A stretch of DNA of 63,163 nucleotides, counting the filler, from Neoconidiobolus thromboides FSU 785 (taxonomy: Eukaryota > Fungi > Entomophthoromycota), in assembly GCA_025603075.1 (NCBI GenBank). It is 10 parts of 10 records of this genome, joined end to end, with 100 filler letters (N's around TTAATTAATTAA, not from the genome) between each part and the next. Parts side by side here need not be neighbours in the genome. Positions count along the whole stretch, not along the records: positions 61,967 to 63,163 come from MU627022.1; 9 more parts are not named here. The stretch is one strand, 5' to 3'. The position numbers were made by a program, and so were the translations under genes. Position 1 is the stretch's first letter. Every line of letters starts with the position of its first letter. The notes under the pieces were generated by a model. It did no database searches. It was not told where the DNA came from and saw nothing but the letters and a program-made list of their open reading frames with translations. Positions 62,906-63,163 of this stretch are shown here, piece after piece.

Positions 62906-63005
62906 GGGGATGTATTTTTTTGTCTTCATTACTTTTTCCATTTTTTATGCACTATTTGAGTGGAAAAATTGTTAGTAAAATTCTCAAATACAAAAATACA
63001 TCCTC
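62906..63005 (-). mobile_element. Family B MITE
   Basis: GGGGATGTATTTTTTTGTCTTC...AAAAATACATCCTC. Confidence 0.9.
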
Positions 63006-63163
63006 ATACAATAGTCTCAATTTGTTCATCTTTAATTTTTCTTACATTTTCAATAAATAGGTTGTAACGTTGATATTTTATTACTATTGTTACTTATTTT
63101 TGAATAATCATATTGATTTCTATTTATATTAAACCCAAAACTCTTACATTCATCAAAAGAATA

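Noticed and set aside
1-63163. CRISPR array, rRNA, or retroelement gag/pol
   Set aside because: None seen; the repeats are dispersed TEs or simple tandem repeats without unique spacers.

Overview
Very AT-rich eukaryotic DNA with short GT-AG introns and a Zn2Cys6 transcription factor, so fungal. An early-diverging lineage such as Entomophthoromycotina is an inference, not shown. The window is ten contigs joined by nine artificial 100-bp spacers (44 N + TTAATTAATTAA + 44 N), so order across gaps is not evidence. Genes: phosphoglucomutase, 3-hydroxyacyl-CoA dehydrogenase, a Cdc25-like rhodanese phosphatase, a short Dph6-like PP-loop ATPase, a GGC1-type carrier, a 1541-aa acidic low-complexity protein, NOP56, a Zn2Cys6 factor, split Ase1/PRC1-like and CAP-domain genes, an ammonium transporter, two S1 proteases, PGAP1/BST1, a decayed aminoacylase-1 and three tRNAs (Leu-CAA, Glu-TTC, Ile-AAT). 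Mobile DNA: about 23 copies of a ~99-bp GGG...CCC MITE with 4-bp target duplications, nine copies of a ~430-465-bp TGTGAAAT...ATTTCACA solo-LTR-like element, and four remnants of a Sola2-like DDE transposon, the longest bracketed by two inverted MITEs. There is also an intact Merlin/IS1595-derived ORF lacking two catalytic residues, a candidate domesticated gene. Exon boundaries and family calls were made by eye from remembered motifs; no database search was run.
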